A stretch of DNA of 64,000 bases from Dehalococcoidia bacterium (GCA_965200975.1 OZ241740.1:1996244-2060243); one strand, 5' to 3'; counted from the stretch's first letter, positions 8,173 to 18,128 are shown. The notes: generated by a model not told the origin, from the letters alone. Translations and numbers: made by a program.

Positions 8173-9468
8173 ATGCGGAGCGCTCCCGTGCCCGATCCTG
8201 AGCCGGAAGAGAGCCGCTCGCAGCGCTCCGTCGCCGCCAGCATCCTCGCAGTTCCCGCGCTCTTCTGTGCGTTCGCGCGCCGCCCTCGCAATCACCCCAC
8301 CTACCTCGGCTACACCAACGGGTTCGTCTACGGGTTCGGCATGGGCGCGTCGACGATCCTCTTCCCCCTCTACGCCATCGACCTCGACATCCGCCTCTCC
8401 GGGCAGGGGATCATCGTAGCCGCCCCGGGCGTGGCGATGATTCTGCTGCGGCTCGTCGGCGGCGCTATGTCCGACCGGTTCGGCGAGCGGCTTATCCTCC
8501 GGTTCAGCTTCACCACCGTAACGATTGCGTCAGTGATGGCGGCGTTCTCGGCCACCATCTGGCCGCTGCTCGCGGCGCAGCTGTTCAACGGAGCGTCGCG
8601 CTCGGTCTACTGGTCGGCGGCGCAGTCGTACATCAGCCGCAGCGCGGAGGGCGAGGCGGGCAAGGTGATGGGCCGGCAGCTCAGCTTCGAATCGAGCGGC
8701 GGCATCATCGGCGGCGTCATCGCCGGAGTCTTCGCCGGAAGCGTCGGCTACACCGAGGCGTTTCTGATGACTGCGGGAGCGACGGCGTTCGGCTTCCTCA
8801 TCACCTCGTCGCTGCCGTCGCTGCCGCGCAAAGACCAGGTCCGCAGCTTCAAGGCGAGCCTGGCGCCCGCGAAGACGATGCTCGTGAAGCGGACGCTTCT
8901 GCACGCGCATCTCGTGGCGTTTACGAGCGCCGCCTACGTGGGACTCCTGGGCGGGCTGTTCATCGCGTTCTTCCGCGAGGTTGGCTACAACGAGGGGGGC
9001 ACCGCCCTGGTCATCCGGCTCAACAGCATCGGCGTCAGCCTGCTCTCGTTCTTCTTCGGCATCCTGCTCGCGCGGCTGGGCGCGAATCGCACGGCGGCGC
9101 TCGGCATCACGCTCACCGGGCTCCTCGCCGCGGGAGTCGGCCTCACCGGCGACGTCCCCGTCCTGCCGGTCGCGTTCATGGCGCTCACCGGCATGACGTT
9201 CGGCGGGCTGCGCTCGCTCTACCCCACGCTCGCGGCGGAGAACAGCGCTCCGAACCAGCGGGCGATGGCGCTCTCGGTCGTCGGGCTCTACTGGGCTATC
9301 GGCATCTTCCTCTCGCCGCTCCTCTTCGGGTTCATCGCCGAGGGCACGAGCATCGAGACGTCGATCTACATCTTCAGCGGCTTCACCATCATCGCCGGCC
9401 TCCTCTCGCCGCTGCTCTACCGCTACGGCCGCGCCGGCGTCGAGCAGCCGGAGGAAGCGAAGTCCTGA
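8173..9468 (+). CDS. MFS transporter (start uncertain)
   Basis: ORF 8173..9468. About 12 hydrophobic segments and an MSDRFGERL-like loop 2-3 motif. Confidence 0.75.
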   Translation: MRSAPVPDPEPEESRSQRSVAASILAVPALFCAFARRPRNHPTYLGYTNGFVYGFGMGASTILFPLYAIDLDIRLSGQGIIVAAPGVAMILLRLVGGAMSDRFGERLILRFSFTTVTIASVMAAFSATIWPLLAAQLFNGASRSVYWSAAQSYISRSAEGEAGKVMGRQLSFESSGGIIGGVIAGVFAGSVGYTEAFLMTAGATAFGFLITSSLPSLPRKDQVRSFKASLAPAKTMLVKRTLLHAHLVAFTSAAYVGLLGGLFIAFFREVGYNEGGTALVIRLNSIGVSLLSFFFGILLARLGANRTAALGITLTGLLAAGVGLTGDVPVLPVAFMALTGMTFGGLRSLYPTLAAENSAPNQRAMALSVVGLYWAIGIFLSPLLFGFIAEGTSIETSIYIFSGFTIIAGLLSPLLYRYGRAGVEQPEEAKS

Positions 9469-9497
9469 GCAAGGACCAGGACAGAAACGGAGCAGAT

Positions 9498-9716
9498 ATG
9501 TCTTACGTCGTTTACGAATACAAACCCAGCAATTACGCGACGGCTCACCGGGCGGACTGCCGCTTTGTCAGGCAGCACGGGGGTGTGAGCAAGAATCCGG
9601 GCGATGTCCAATATCACGAACCTTTCGATACGCCCGAGGAGGCGCGCAGCAAACTCCTCAGTCTCAATAAGCGACACACCAAGGTTTGCTCAGTCTGTAG
9701 TCCTTTTCAGTTGTAG
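9498..9716 (+). CDS. small hypothetical protein (low-GC orphan)
   Basis: ORF 9498..9716. GC is visibly lower than its surroundings. It has a Cys pair at the C-terminus (CSVCS). No family recognised. Confidence 0.45.
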   Translation: MSYVVYEYKPSNYATAHRADCRFVRQHGGVSKNPGDVQYHEPFDTPEEARSKLLSLNKRHTKVCSVCSPFQL

Positions 9717-9732
9717 CCCTTGGCGATGTCCC

Positions 9733-11217
9733 CTACTCCTCGCACTCCTGTAGCAGCGCGTCGAGGATGCGCGCCATCGCCTCGGTGTCGCGGCGACAGT
9801 AGGCGAGGAGCGCGCTGCGGATCGCGGCGCGCTCCTCTTCCGGCGTTTCCGGCGCCGTCATGCGGAGGTACGATGCCGCGGCAGCCTCGCCGTCCGCGAT
9901 ATCCAGGTCGCCGTAGCCGAACCCGGGAACGAGCGCGGGCAGCGCCGATTTGAGAGAGAAGCTTCCGCGAAATCCCGGGTGGTAGTAGCCGCCGCGGACT
10001 ATCGCCAGCAAGTCGACGATGCGGCCTGCGAGGGCGAGCAGCCCGTCGCTGTATTCGGGGAACGTCCCGGCGAGATTCCGCAGAATCCTCCCCTCATAGT
10101 CGGAGTAGGCGAGGATGGGCCCCTCGGCAGGCGCCGCGTCGAGCAGGCTTGCCGCGAACCGCTCGCGCGGGTCGTCGCCGTCCGTGTTGAGGAACTCGCA
10201 GTGTTCGAGCTCGCCCTGCGCGTCGCGCACATGAAGCGACCACTGAAAGGGGACCGTCTGGAACGGCCTCGCGCCGGGGTAGACGGGAAGGATCGCCATA
10301 AACGTTTCGAAGTCGAGAAAGCCGACGGGCAGGCCAAGCGCCCGCAGCTGCGGCCCAAGCTCGGGGCCGACGAAGGGGCGCCCCGTTGCGACGCTCTCCC
10401 GCACGCGGCGCTGTAGCGCGTTGAGGCCGGGGAAGTCCGGCGGAATCGCGGCGATGTCGCCTACTTGCGCCTCCTGTAGCTGGCGCCACAGTTGAGGGCG
10501 CAGGCCCGGCAGCTCGCGCACCGGATGCTCGGGTTCGCCGGCGTGGCAATGCCCGAAGAACGGGCACCGGTACGGCGACCTGCACTGCGGGCCGGTCGGG
10601 ATATCCGGCGGCGCCTCCCGCTCCAGCGTCTCCCACATCGACGGCAGGTCGCCGGCGATCTGCTCGGCGAGGAGCGCCCGAACGCTCTCCGTTACGTCGG
10701 CGAGCGTGAAGAGTTGGAGCAGGTCGTACTCGCCGCCCTGATAGACGTGCTCCTTGTTGAGGTGCATCAGAAACACGTTGTCGACGGCTACGCCGGCACC
10801 CTCGACGACGTACGTCTGGATAGCCGCGTCCGTCCTGTGCTGGGCCTTGACGCTGCCGGTCGACTTGACTTCGATGAGATCGAAGCCGCCGCCGGCGTTG
10901 GGCGCGAGAATGTCGACGCGCACCCGGATGCCCTCGAAAGCGAAGGCCGCCTCGAAGAGCGGCGCGGGCGCCGGCTCGGCCAGGAGCGCGCGCGTCCGCT
11001 CGACCGCCTGATCGTGTTCGAGGTGCGACTCGTCGACGAGCACGCCGTCGGGCCACCGCCGCCGCGCCGTCTCGCCGACGACGTCCCCCATATCGAACCG
11101 CGCCTGCTGCCCCGCGTCGACCGGATCGGCGAGCCCCCAGTGGTAGCTCTCCAGATAGAGCCTCTTCAGACACTGCAGGCCGTACTGAAACCGCGATTTC
11201 GAGAGCGAGAGGGGCAT
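9733..11217 (-). CDS. DUF2779-type protein (PD-(D/E)XK / Cas4-like nuclease with Cys cluster)
   Basis: ORF starts MPLSLSKSRFQYGLQCLKRLYLE and has the CRSPYRCPFFGHC cluster. Its start overlaps the upstream stop (TGATG). Confidence 0.65.
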   Translation of the reverse strand: MPLSLSKSRFQYGLQCLKRLYLESYHWGLADPVDAGQQARFDMGDVVGETARRRWPDGVLVDESHLEHDQAVERTRALLAEPAPAPLFEAAFAFEGIRVRVDILAPNAGGGFDLIEVKSTGSVKAQHRTDAAIQTYVVEGAGVAVDNVFLMHLNKEHVYQGGEYDLLQLFTLADVTESVRALLAEQIAGDLPSMWETLEREAPPDIPTGPQCRSPYRCPFFGHCHAGEPEHPVRELPGLRPQLWRQLQEAQVGDIAAIPPDFPGLNALQRRVRESVATGRPFVGPELGPQLRALGLPVGFLDFETFMAILPVYPGARPFQTVPFQWSLHVRDAQGELEHCEFLNTDGDDPRERFAASLLDAAPAEGPILAYSDYEGRILRNLAGTFPEYSDGLLALAGRIVDLLAIVRGGYYHPGFRGSFSLKSALPALVPGFGYGDLDIADGEAAAASYLRMTAPETPEEERAAIRSALLAYCRRDTEAMARILDALLQECEE

Positions 11218-13346
11218 CAGGCGAGCGGACTCTCCGCCGCTCCTTCTCCGTTTCCCTCTCCGCTTCCTGCTCCGTTCGCGGCGTTACCGGGAGAAGACTC
11301 GCCGGCCTCTCCTTTGGCCGGAGCGTCGCCCGCGGAGAGCGAGGCCGCCAGTTCGACGAAGAAATCGAGCGCGCCGGGGTTGGCGAGGGCGTCCATGCTC
11401 GCCGCCTGCTCGGGGCGCGCGCCATTGAGTATCTTCTTCACCGGAACCTCGAGCTTCTTGCCGTTCAGCGTCCGTGGCGCTTCCGGTATCCGCCAGGTCT
11501 CGTCGGGAACATGGCGGGGCGACAGGTTCGACCGGATGGCTGCGTCTATCTTGCGCTTCATCGCATCGTCGAGCGCATGGCCCTCGCGCATCACGACGAA
11601 CAGCAGCAGCTTCCCCTCCGCGCCCAGCCGCGTCGTATCGATGACGAGGCTGTCGAGCACCTCCGGAATGTCCTCGACGACGCGGTAGAACTCGCTGGCG
11701 CCCATGCGCACGCCGCTGCGGTTGAGCGTCGAGTCCGACCGCCCGTAGATGACGCACGCGCCCTCCCCGGTGACCTTGAGCCAGTCGCCGTGGCGCCACA
11801 CGTCCGGGTAGACGTCGAAGTAGCTCTCGTGCAGCCGCTTGCCGTCCTCGTCGCTCAGGAATCGAACGGGCATCGACGGCATCGGTTCGGTGACCACCAG
11901 CTCGCCTACTTCGCCGACGACCGGCTCGCCGTCCTCCCCGAAGCTCTCGACCTTGCAGCCGAGGCAGCGGCACTGTATCTCGCCGGCGCGCACCGGCAGC
12001 GTCGGGCCGCCCCCGATGAACGCGGTGAGGACATCGGTGCCGCCGCTGACGGAGGCGAGCAGCAGATCGCGCTTGACGCGCTCGTACACCCACGCGAACC
12101 CCTCGGGCGGAAGCGGCGCGCCGGTCGAGCCAATGGCGCGCATCGCGCTCAAGTCGAGCTCGCGTCCCGGCTCGACGCCCGCCTTCATGCAGCCGAGGAT
12201 GTACGGCGCGCTCACGCCGAAGCACGTCGTGCGGGTCTGCTCGGCCATGCGCCAGAGCGCGTACATATCGGGATGGGCCGGGCTGCCGTCGTACAGCACA
12301 ATCGTCGCGCCGAGCAGCAGCCCGCTCACGACGATGTTCCACATAATCCAGCCCGTGGTGCTGAACCAGAAGAAGCGGTCGCCCTCCTTGATGTCGAGGT
12401 GGAACGACAGCAGCTTGAGATGTTCGAGCAGCGCGCCTCCATGACCGTGCACGATCGCCTTGGGCGCCCCTGTCGTGCCCGACGAGTACACCACCCACAA
12501 CGGATGGTCGAACTCCACCGGCTCGAACGCGAGCTCGATTCCCGGCGTCAGCAGCTCGTCCCACAGCATGGCGTCGCGCAGCGCGCCAATGTCCGGAGCG
12601 GCGGAGAGGCGCGGAAGCACTACCGTCTTGCGGAGCGTCGGCAGCGCCTGCTGGATCTCCGCCACGGCGCCGAGCGCGTCGAACGGCTTCCCCCCGTAGG
12701 TGTAGCCGTCCACTGTGAGCAGCGCCTTCGGAGCGAGCTGCTGAAACCGCTCGATAACGCTCCGCGCGCCGAACTCCGGCGGGCAGCTCGACCACGTCGC
12801 GCCGATGGCTGCCGTTGCAAGCGCCGCCGCCGCCGCCTCGGCTACATTCGGCATATACGCGACGACCGCGTCGCCCCTGGCGACGCCGAGTCCGCGCAGA
12901 CCGGCGGCGATCTCCGCGGCGCGCGCGTAGAGCTGCGCCCTCGTCCACTCGACCGTAGCGCCCGATTCGTGCACGGCTATGAGCGCCGGGGCGCCGTCGC
13001 GGCGCGCGAGGGCGTACTCCGCGTAGTTGATTCGCGAGCCGGCGAACCAGCGCGCGCCCTCGACCCGCGTTCCGTTCGGCCCTGGCGCCAGCGCGCGCTC
13101 GTACGGACGCTTCGACTGCACGCCGAAGTACTCCCACACCGTCTCCCAGAACGCCCCGACATCCGCCACCGACCACCGCCACAGCTCCTCGTAGCCGTCG
13201 AACTGCAGCCCGCGCGTCTCGCCCAACCACCGCTCGTAGGCGGCGAGGTTGCTGGCGGCCTTACGGCTCTCGGACGGCGTCCACAGAAGAACGCCCTCTT
13301 CGATGAGGTTGGACGCGTTGGACGCGGAGGCCGGCTGCTCAGTCAC
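11217..13346 (-). CDS. acetoacetate-CoA ligase (acetoacetyl-CoA synthetase)
   Basis: ORF 11217..13490. Likely GTG start at 13346 with GAGGA upstream. Matches include LWTPSE..AASNLAAYERWL..YEELWRWSV and the AMP-binding core YSSGTTGAPK. Confidence 0.85.
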   Translation of the reverse strand: MTEQPASASNASNLIEEGVLLWTPSESRKAASNLAAYERWLGETRGLQFDGYEELWRWSVADVGAFWETVWEYFGVQSKRPYERALAPGPNGTRVEGARWFAGSRINYAEYALARRDGAPALIAVHESGATVEWTRAQLYARAAEIAAGLRGLGVARGDAVVAYMPNVAEAAAAALATAAIGATWSSCPPEFGARSVIERFQQLAPKALLTVDGYTYGGKPFDALGAVAEIQQALPTLRKTVVLPRLSAAPDIGALRDAMLWDELLTPGIELAFEPVEFDHPLWVVYSSGTTGAPKAIVHGHGGALLEHLKLLSFHLDIKEGDRFFWFSTTGWIMWNIVVSGLLLGATIVLYDGSPAHPDMYALWRMAEQTRTTCFGVSAPYILGCMKAGVEPGRELDLSAMRAIGSTGAPLPPEGFAWVYERVKRDLLLASVSGGTDVLTAFIGGGPTLPVRAGEIQCRCLGCKVESFGEDGEPVVGEVGELVVTEPMPSMPVRFLSDEDGKRLHESYFDVYPDVWRHGDWLKVTGEGACVIYGRSDSTLNRSGVRMGASEFYRVVEDIPEVLDSLVIDTTRLGAEGKLLLFVVMREGHALDDAMKRKIDAAIRSNLSPRHVPDETWRIPEAPRTLNGKKLEVPVKKILNGARPEQAASMDALANPGALDFFVELAASLSAGDAPAKGEAGESSPGNAANGAGSGEGNGEGAAESPLA

Positions 13347-13558
13347 GGCGGGGTCCTCGCGGGCAGTACTCGCGGCGGCAGCGGCGCCGCGGCGGACTTC
13401 CGAGCATAGCGCATCCTGAGGGCGTGGGGGAGGGCGTCGCGCGAGTCCCCGCGGAAGCGGCGCTTCCCGATCCCCGCGCCAACCCCCCACGCGCGCCCTT
13501 CGTCAGGAGCGCGGGGCGAGGCGTACAATAAGGAGCGTCGCGCAAGGAGGCCGCGCAA

Positions 13559-14516
13559 ATGCTCCCCAGGCAGCTCACATTCGTCACCCTCGGGCTCGCA
13601 GCGTCCGCCGCGCTCGTCCTGCTCGCATTCGCCGCGTGCAGCAATCCAACGCCGACGCCTACCTCCGCGCCGCCAACGCCGACTCCGACAGCCACGCCGA
13701 CGGCAACCCCGTCTCCTACGCCGACGCCTACGCCGACGCCTACGCCGACGCCTACGCCGACGCCTACGCCGGCGCCGACTCCCACCCCTACGCTCGCGCC
13801 TGCCCCCGCTCCAACGCCGACGCCAACACCGGCGCCGGAGCAGACAGAATCGCCGGAACCTCCAGGCGCCATCGACGACCTCGTGATCACCGACGCCACT
13901 ACGATGGCCGACATCGTGAGCGCGCTCTCCGAGGAGGAAGCCTCCTGCGTCAGAGAGGCCGTCGGCCCCGAACAGTTCGACGCGGCGCAGGACACGCCTC
14001 TGGCGGAGCTCGGCCCCGAAGTTGGCGCCCTTTCCCACGCACTGCCTCGCTCCTGAGGCCGCCGTCAGCCTCGGCATCGCTATGATGTCGACGCAGACCG
14101 GCGGGCTCACCCCCGAGTCGCGCGACTGCCTCCAAACCCTTGGAATGGAGCAGCCCAGCGTCTTCGGCGTCGGCGAACCCCCGGAAGACCCCTCCGCCCT
14201 CTTCTCCGCAGCCTTACGCTTGCAGCTCTGCCTCACCGACGAGGAAGCCGCGAACCTCCTCGGCGCCGACGGAGTGGACGGAGAAGCGTTGCGGTGCCTG
14301 GTCGACCAGATGGGCGGCGAGGACGCGCTCACCGCCCTCTTCTCCGACGACCTGGACCTCGCCGGGCTGCTCAGCCTCTTCGCCGCAGCCGAGGAGTGCG
14401 GCGTGAGCTTCGCGCCCGAAGGCGCCTCGCCAAACAGCATCGCGCCCAACGGCATGTCCGACGGCATGACGCTGGACAGCATGGCGCCGGAAGGCGCCGC
14501 GCCCGACTCCCCCTGA
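13559..14516 (+). CDS. lipoprotein with long Pro-Thr linker; frame break near 14015-14030
   Basis: Lipobox LLAFAAC, then a (TP)n linker. ORF 13559..14056 and ORF 14022..14516 share a repeated x-C-(L/V)-x-x-E helical motif and read as one gene if one indel is corrected. Confidence 0.65.
13718..13765 (+). repeat. perfect 12-nt tandem repeat (acgccgacgcct x4) encoding TPTP
   Basis: Four exact units, embedded in a longer degenerate PT-coding tract at about 13650-13840. Confidence 0.9.
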
Positions 14517-14630
14517 GAACTCCCTCCGGGGGACGCGCCCGGCGGCGGCGTCCTCTCTCTCCTCCCGTCGGGGGGAATCGCCTGAACCCGCCCCAGCCAA
14601 GCGCCCCTAACCCCCAGGGGGCGGCGCCCC

Positions 14631-14801
14631 GGCTGTGGCCGCCAGGGGGTCTGGGGGAGCGGACGCTCTCCCAGCTGCTACGCAACACCCCCGCCGCGCC
14701 TGCTTAGAGGCGCCCCCACGCAACAGCTTGCCTGCCCAGAGCACGCGCGCTTGTCGGCAACTCCCGGGAGAGAGTTCTCTCCCCCGGACCCCCTCATTAT
14801 T
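14631..14801 (+). repeat. REPIN/MITE-like element, copy F
   Basis: Same terminal hairpins and subfamily I core. Confidence 0.9.
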
Positions 14802-14882
14802 CGCTCCTCCCCCCGCTCGCGCTTGCCCCCTCGTTATTGCTCGCGGCGCGCCCCGCCTGCCAGAGCGCGCCGCCCGCCGGAT

Positions 14883-15015
14883 GGCTGCCAGGGGGTCTGG
14901 GGGAGCGGACGCTCTCCCAGCTGCTACGCAACACCGGCACCGCGCCTGCTCAGAGCACGCCGCCTTGTCGACAACTCCCGGGAGAGAGTTCTCTCCCCCG
15001 GACCCCCTCATTATT
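14883..15015 (+). repeat. REPIN/MITE-like element, copy G (core-deleted short form)
   Basis: Both terminal hairpins are intact. The core is about 35 bp shorter than in copy F. Confidence 0.85.
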
Positions 15016-15100
15016 TGCTCCTCTCCCCACTCGCGCTTGCTCCCCTCGTTATTCTTCCTCCCCGCTCGCGCTTGCCCCCCCCTCGTTGTATTGCTGCGCG
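15016..15100 (+). repeat. iterated sub-terminal motif array
   Basis: ctcgcgcttgctcccctcgttatt and ctcgcgcttgcccccccctcgttgtatt follow copy G. Confidence 0.7.
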
Positions 15101-15164
15101 CGCTCCCTGGGCAGCGTGACAATTGGCGGTTGCGCGGGGCGCTTGGACGCTGGATGCTGCGGGT

Positions 15165-15503
15165 ATGTCGCTCGAACATGCTCGCGAAATGCGATCGAAT
15201 CCGACGGAGGCGGAGGCTGCGCTGTGGCAGCGTCTGCGGCGGAACAGGCTCGACGGCATCCACTTCAGGCGGCAGGCGTTGCGCGGGCGGTACATCGTCG
15301 ACTTCCTTGCTCCGAAGGCCCGGCTGGTTGTCGAGATCGACGGCGGGCAGCACGGGGGCGCGTACGACGCCCAGCGGGACCGCGCTCTGCAGCGGATGGG
15401 GTATACGGTGCTGCGGTTCTGGAACAACGAGGCGCTCACGAACGTAGAAGGAGTGCTGGAGGTCATTCGCCGCGCAGCGCACCCCGAGGGCGAGGGGCAA
15501 TAA
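15165..15503 (+). CDS. DUF559 endonuclease-domain protein (Vsr-like PD-(D/E)XK)
   Basis: In-frame ATG 15165 of ORF 15123..15503: MSLEHAREMRSNPTEAEAALWQRLRR..FRRQ...YIVDF...VVEIDGGQH...VLRFWNNE. Confidence 0.85.
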   Translation: MSLEHAREMRSNPTEAEAALWQRLRRNRLDGIHFRRQALRGRYIVDFLAPKARLVVEIDGGQHGGAYDAQRDRALQRMGYTVLRFWNNEALTNVEGVLEVIRRAAHPEGEGQ

Positions 15504-15536
15504 CGAGGGGGGCGGAGGACATTAACGAGGGGGCGA
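15499..15536 (+). repeat. iterated sub-terminal motif array (AATAACGAGGGGG x3)
   Basis: caataacgagggggg, cattaacgaggggg and aaataacgaggggg; the last one is the true end of copy H. Confidence 0.7.
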
Positions 15537-15703
15537 AATAACGAGGGGGTCTGGGGGATCGGACGCTCTCCCAGCTGCTACGCAACACCGCCGCCCCCGG
15601 CTGCTCAGAGGCGCCCCCACGCAACCGCTTGCCTGCCCCAGAGCACGCGCGCTTGTCGACAACTCCCGGGAGAGAGTTCTCTCCCCCGGACCCCCTCATT
15701 ATT
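15537..15703 (+). repeat. REPIN/MITE-like element, copy H
   Basis: AATAACGAGGGGGTCTGGGGGATCGGACGCTCTCCCAGCTGCTACGC ... CTCCCGGGAGAGAGTTCTCTCCCCCGGACCCCCTCATTATT. Confidence 0.9.
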
Positions 15704-15923
15704 TTCTCCTCTCCGCGCTCGCGCTTGCTTAGGGGGCAGCAGCGCGATGGGCGTGCGGCGTGAGGGGGGTTCCCAAAGCAGGCGGAATGGTGCAACCTTA
15801 GGGCGAGCCCCGTTGAGAGGCAGCGCCCACCCTCACGGCGCTCACCCTCGCGGCGCTCATCGACCGTTCGCATTGTCGGCGCCGCACTAATGGCTTAGCC
15901 TGCCGCCGGAGGAGCTTCAGCAT

Positions 15924-16346
15924 ATGCCCGACACCATTATCACCGCCGCGATGCAGGCAGCCGTCGGCGCGAAAGGCGAGGAGCGGCAGGCTGTCGTCGA
16001 ACGCGGCGCCATCGAACGGTTCGCCGCCGCCATCGGCGACGATAACCCGCTCTTCCCCGACATCGCCCCGCCCACGTTCCTCCGCTCGATCGGCCGCGCC
16101 ATCCCCGCCCTGCCCGACGGCGACGCCGTGCCGCGCGCGCTCGACGGCGGCAGCGAGTGGACCTACGGCCCGCCCGTCCGCGCCGGCGACTCCATCGCAT
16201 ACTCCACCCAGCTCGAGGCGCTCGTGGAGCGCCAGGGACGCATGGGCCCGATGCTCATCGCCACCTATTTCACCCAGTACGTGAACCAGCGCGGCGAGGT
16301 AGTAGCCACCCAGCGCAACACCACTATCAGGATGCCGGAAGCATGA
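15924..16346 (+). CDS. MaoC-N / FAS1-like dehydratase domain protein
   Basis: ORF 15924..16346, ...ERGAIERFAAAIGDDNPLF. ATGA overlap with the next gene. Confidence 0.7.
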   Translation: MPDTIITAAMQAAVGAKGEERQAVVERGAIERFAAAIGDDNPLFPDIAPPTFLRSIGRAIPALPDGDAVPRALDGGSEWTYGPPVRAGDSIAYSTQLEALVERQGRMGPMLIATYFTQYVNQRGEVVATQRNTTIRMPEA

Positions 16347-16765
16347 CCTCCCGCCCTACCCTGCAAAGCGTCGCCCCCGGAGACGAACTGCCCGCGCTCG
16401 TAAAGCGCCCCACCACGCGCCAGCTCGTGATGTACGCGGGCGCCTCCGGCGACTTCTACGAAATCCACTACGACCAGGAGTTCGCGCGGGCGCAGGGACT
16501 CCCCGGCGTCATCCTCCACGGCGCCCTCAAGAGCGCCTTCCTCGGCCAGCTCGTAACCGACTGGGCCGGCGCCGACGGCGCGCTCCGGTCGCTCTCCGTC
16601 CGCTACCGCGAAATGGACGCTCCCGGCGACGCGCTCGCCTGCAAGGGCGTCGTCGCCGGGAAGGACGAGGAGGCCGGCACGGTGCGCTGCGAGATCTGGA
16701 TCGAGAACGACGCCGGCGTCAAGACCACCACCGGCGAGGCCGTCGTCGCCCTTCCCGCATCCTGA
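16343..16765 (+). CDS. MaoC-like (R)-hydratase domain protein
   Basis: In-frame ATG 16343 of ORF 16157..16765: ...LVMYAGASGDFYEIHYDQEFARAQGLPGVILHG. Confidence 0.8.
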   Translation: MTSRPTLQSVAPGDELPALVKRPTTRQLVMYAGASGDFYEIHYDQEFARAQGLPGVILHGALKSAFLGQLVTDWAGADGALRSLSVRYREMDAPGDALACKGVVAGKDEEAGTVRCEIWIENDAGVKTTTGEAVVALPAS

Positions 16766-16835
16766 CGCCCCCGCGCCGGGAGATTCTCTCCAGGCCTTCC
16801 GCGCTACCGCGCCCCCTTCGCGCTCCATTTCCTCT

Positions 16836-18128
16836 ATGATGGCGCCATACCCGATGCGCGGAGGTGAGGAGATGCGCCTCGTCCTCGAACATGCCGCTCT
16901 CTTGCTGGTCGATGTCCAGCGCGACGCCCTTCATCCCGACGGCGCTATGGCCCGCGCGGGCGAGGCGCCAAGTCCCGCCGAGACCTCCCGCCTCGTCGAC
17001 GCGTGGACGAGCCTCGCCCGCCTTATGCGCGAAGCCGGCCGCCCTGTGGTCTGGGTGAAAACCTGCCTGCGCCCCGACTTCGCCGACAGCACGCACGCCC
17101 CGCTTTGGCTGGAGCGCCGGCGCGCCCAAACCGGCCCGTTCTTCATCGAGGGATCGTGGGGCGCCGAGCTTATAGACGGCCTCCCCGCCGAACCGGACGG
17201 CTACGTCGTCGTCAAGAAGGGCCACAGCGCCTACGACAACACCCACCTCGACCGGCTCCTCACGAACCTCGGCGCCGCCCAGTGCATCGTCGCCGGCGGC
17301 GGAGTCGCCGACTCGATCGCCGAGACCGCGCGCACCGGCGGACGGCTCGGGTACGAGCAGTTCGTCGTGCAGGATGCGCTCTACCCTCCCGACGCCGCCA
17401 AACTGCACGCCCCCCGCAAGCAGGCCGAAGTCGTCTCGCTCTCCGACGTGTTCGACGCCGCGTCCGCCGCGCCCGAACCCGCGCGGCCCAGCCCGGACTA
17501 CGCGATGGTGCTCGTGGATATGCAGAACGACTTTATGAACGCAGAGCGTCCGCACGTCCTCTACGGACTCAGCGACCCTATGCCCGAAGAGAAGCGGCTG
17601 AACGTCGTCGAAAACACGCAGAGGCTGAGCGCCGCGATGCGCGAACGCGGCTGGCCTGTCGTCTACGTGCGCGTCGTCCGCCGGCAGGACAACTCCGACG
17701 ACGTGCACAGCAGGACTCACCGCCGCGCCCGAACCCTGCCGCCCGGCGTAACGCACTGCGCCTACGGCACATGGGGCGCCGAGATGGTCGACGAGCTGCT
17801 TCCGGAGAGCAGCGACTATGTAGTGGAGAAGAAAGGTGGCAGCGGCTTCGGCTACACGCCCCTCCACCGCATCCTCCGCAACCTGAACGCCCGGCGCCTC
17901 CTGATGACGGGCGGCGCCGTCACCGGCTGCGTTTGGGCCACCGCGCTCGACGGCGTCGCGCTCGGCTACGACATCACCGTCGTCGCCGACGCAACCTATC
18001 CGCCGGACTCGCCCGACCTCGGAGCGCTCGCCGAGTGGTGCGCCGTCCGCCCTGCCGGCGACGTGCTCGCAGACCTGGGAGTCCTCTCGTCCGACGCGGA
18101 AGCGCGCCAAGAAGCGCGAGGAGCCTAG
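16836..18128 (+). CDS. tandem isochorismatase-family (cysteine hydrolase) domains
   Basis: Two copies of the family signature: LLLVDVQRD and MVLVDMQNDF. Start uncertain. Confidence 0.75.
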   Translation: MMAPYPMRGGEEMRLVLEHAALLLVDVQRDALHPDGAMARAGEAPSPAETSRLVDAWTSLARLMREAGRPVVWVKTCLRPDFADSTHAPLWLERRRAQTGPFFIEGSWGAELIDGLPAEPDGYVVVKKGHSAYDNTHLDRLLTNLGAAQCIVAGGGVADSIAETARTGGRLGYEQFVVQDALYPPDAAKLHAPRKQAEVVSLSDVFDAASAAPEPARPSPDYAMVLVDMQNDFMNAERPHVLYGLSDPMPEEKRLNVVENTQRLSAAMRERGWPVVYVRVVRRQDNSDDVHSRTHRRARTLPPGVTHCAYGTWGAEMVDELLPESSDYVVEKKGGSGFGYTPLHRILRNLNARRLLMTGGAVTGCVWATALDGVALGYDITVVADATYPPDSPDLGALAEWCAVRPAGDVLADLGVLSSDAEARQEARGA

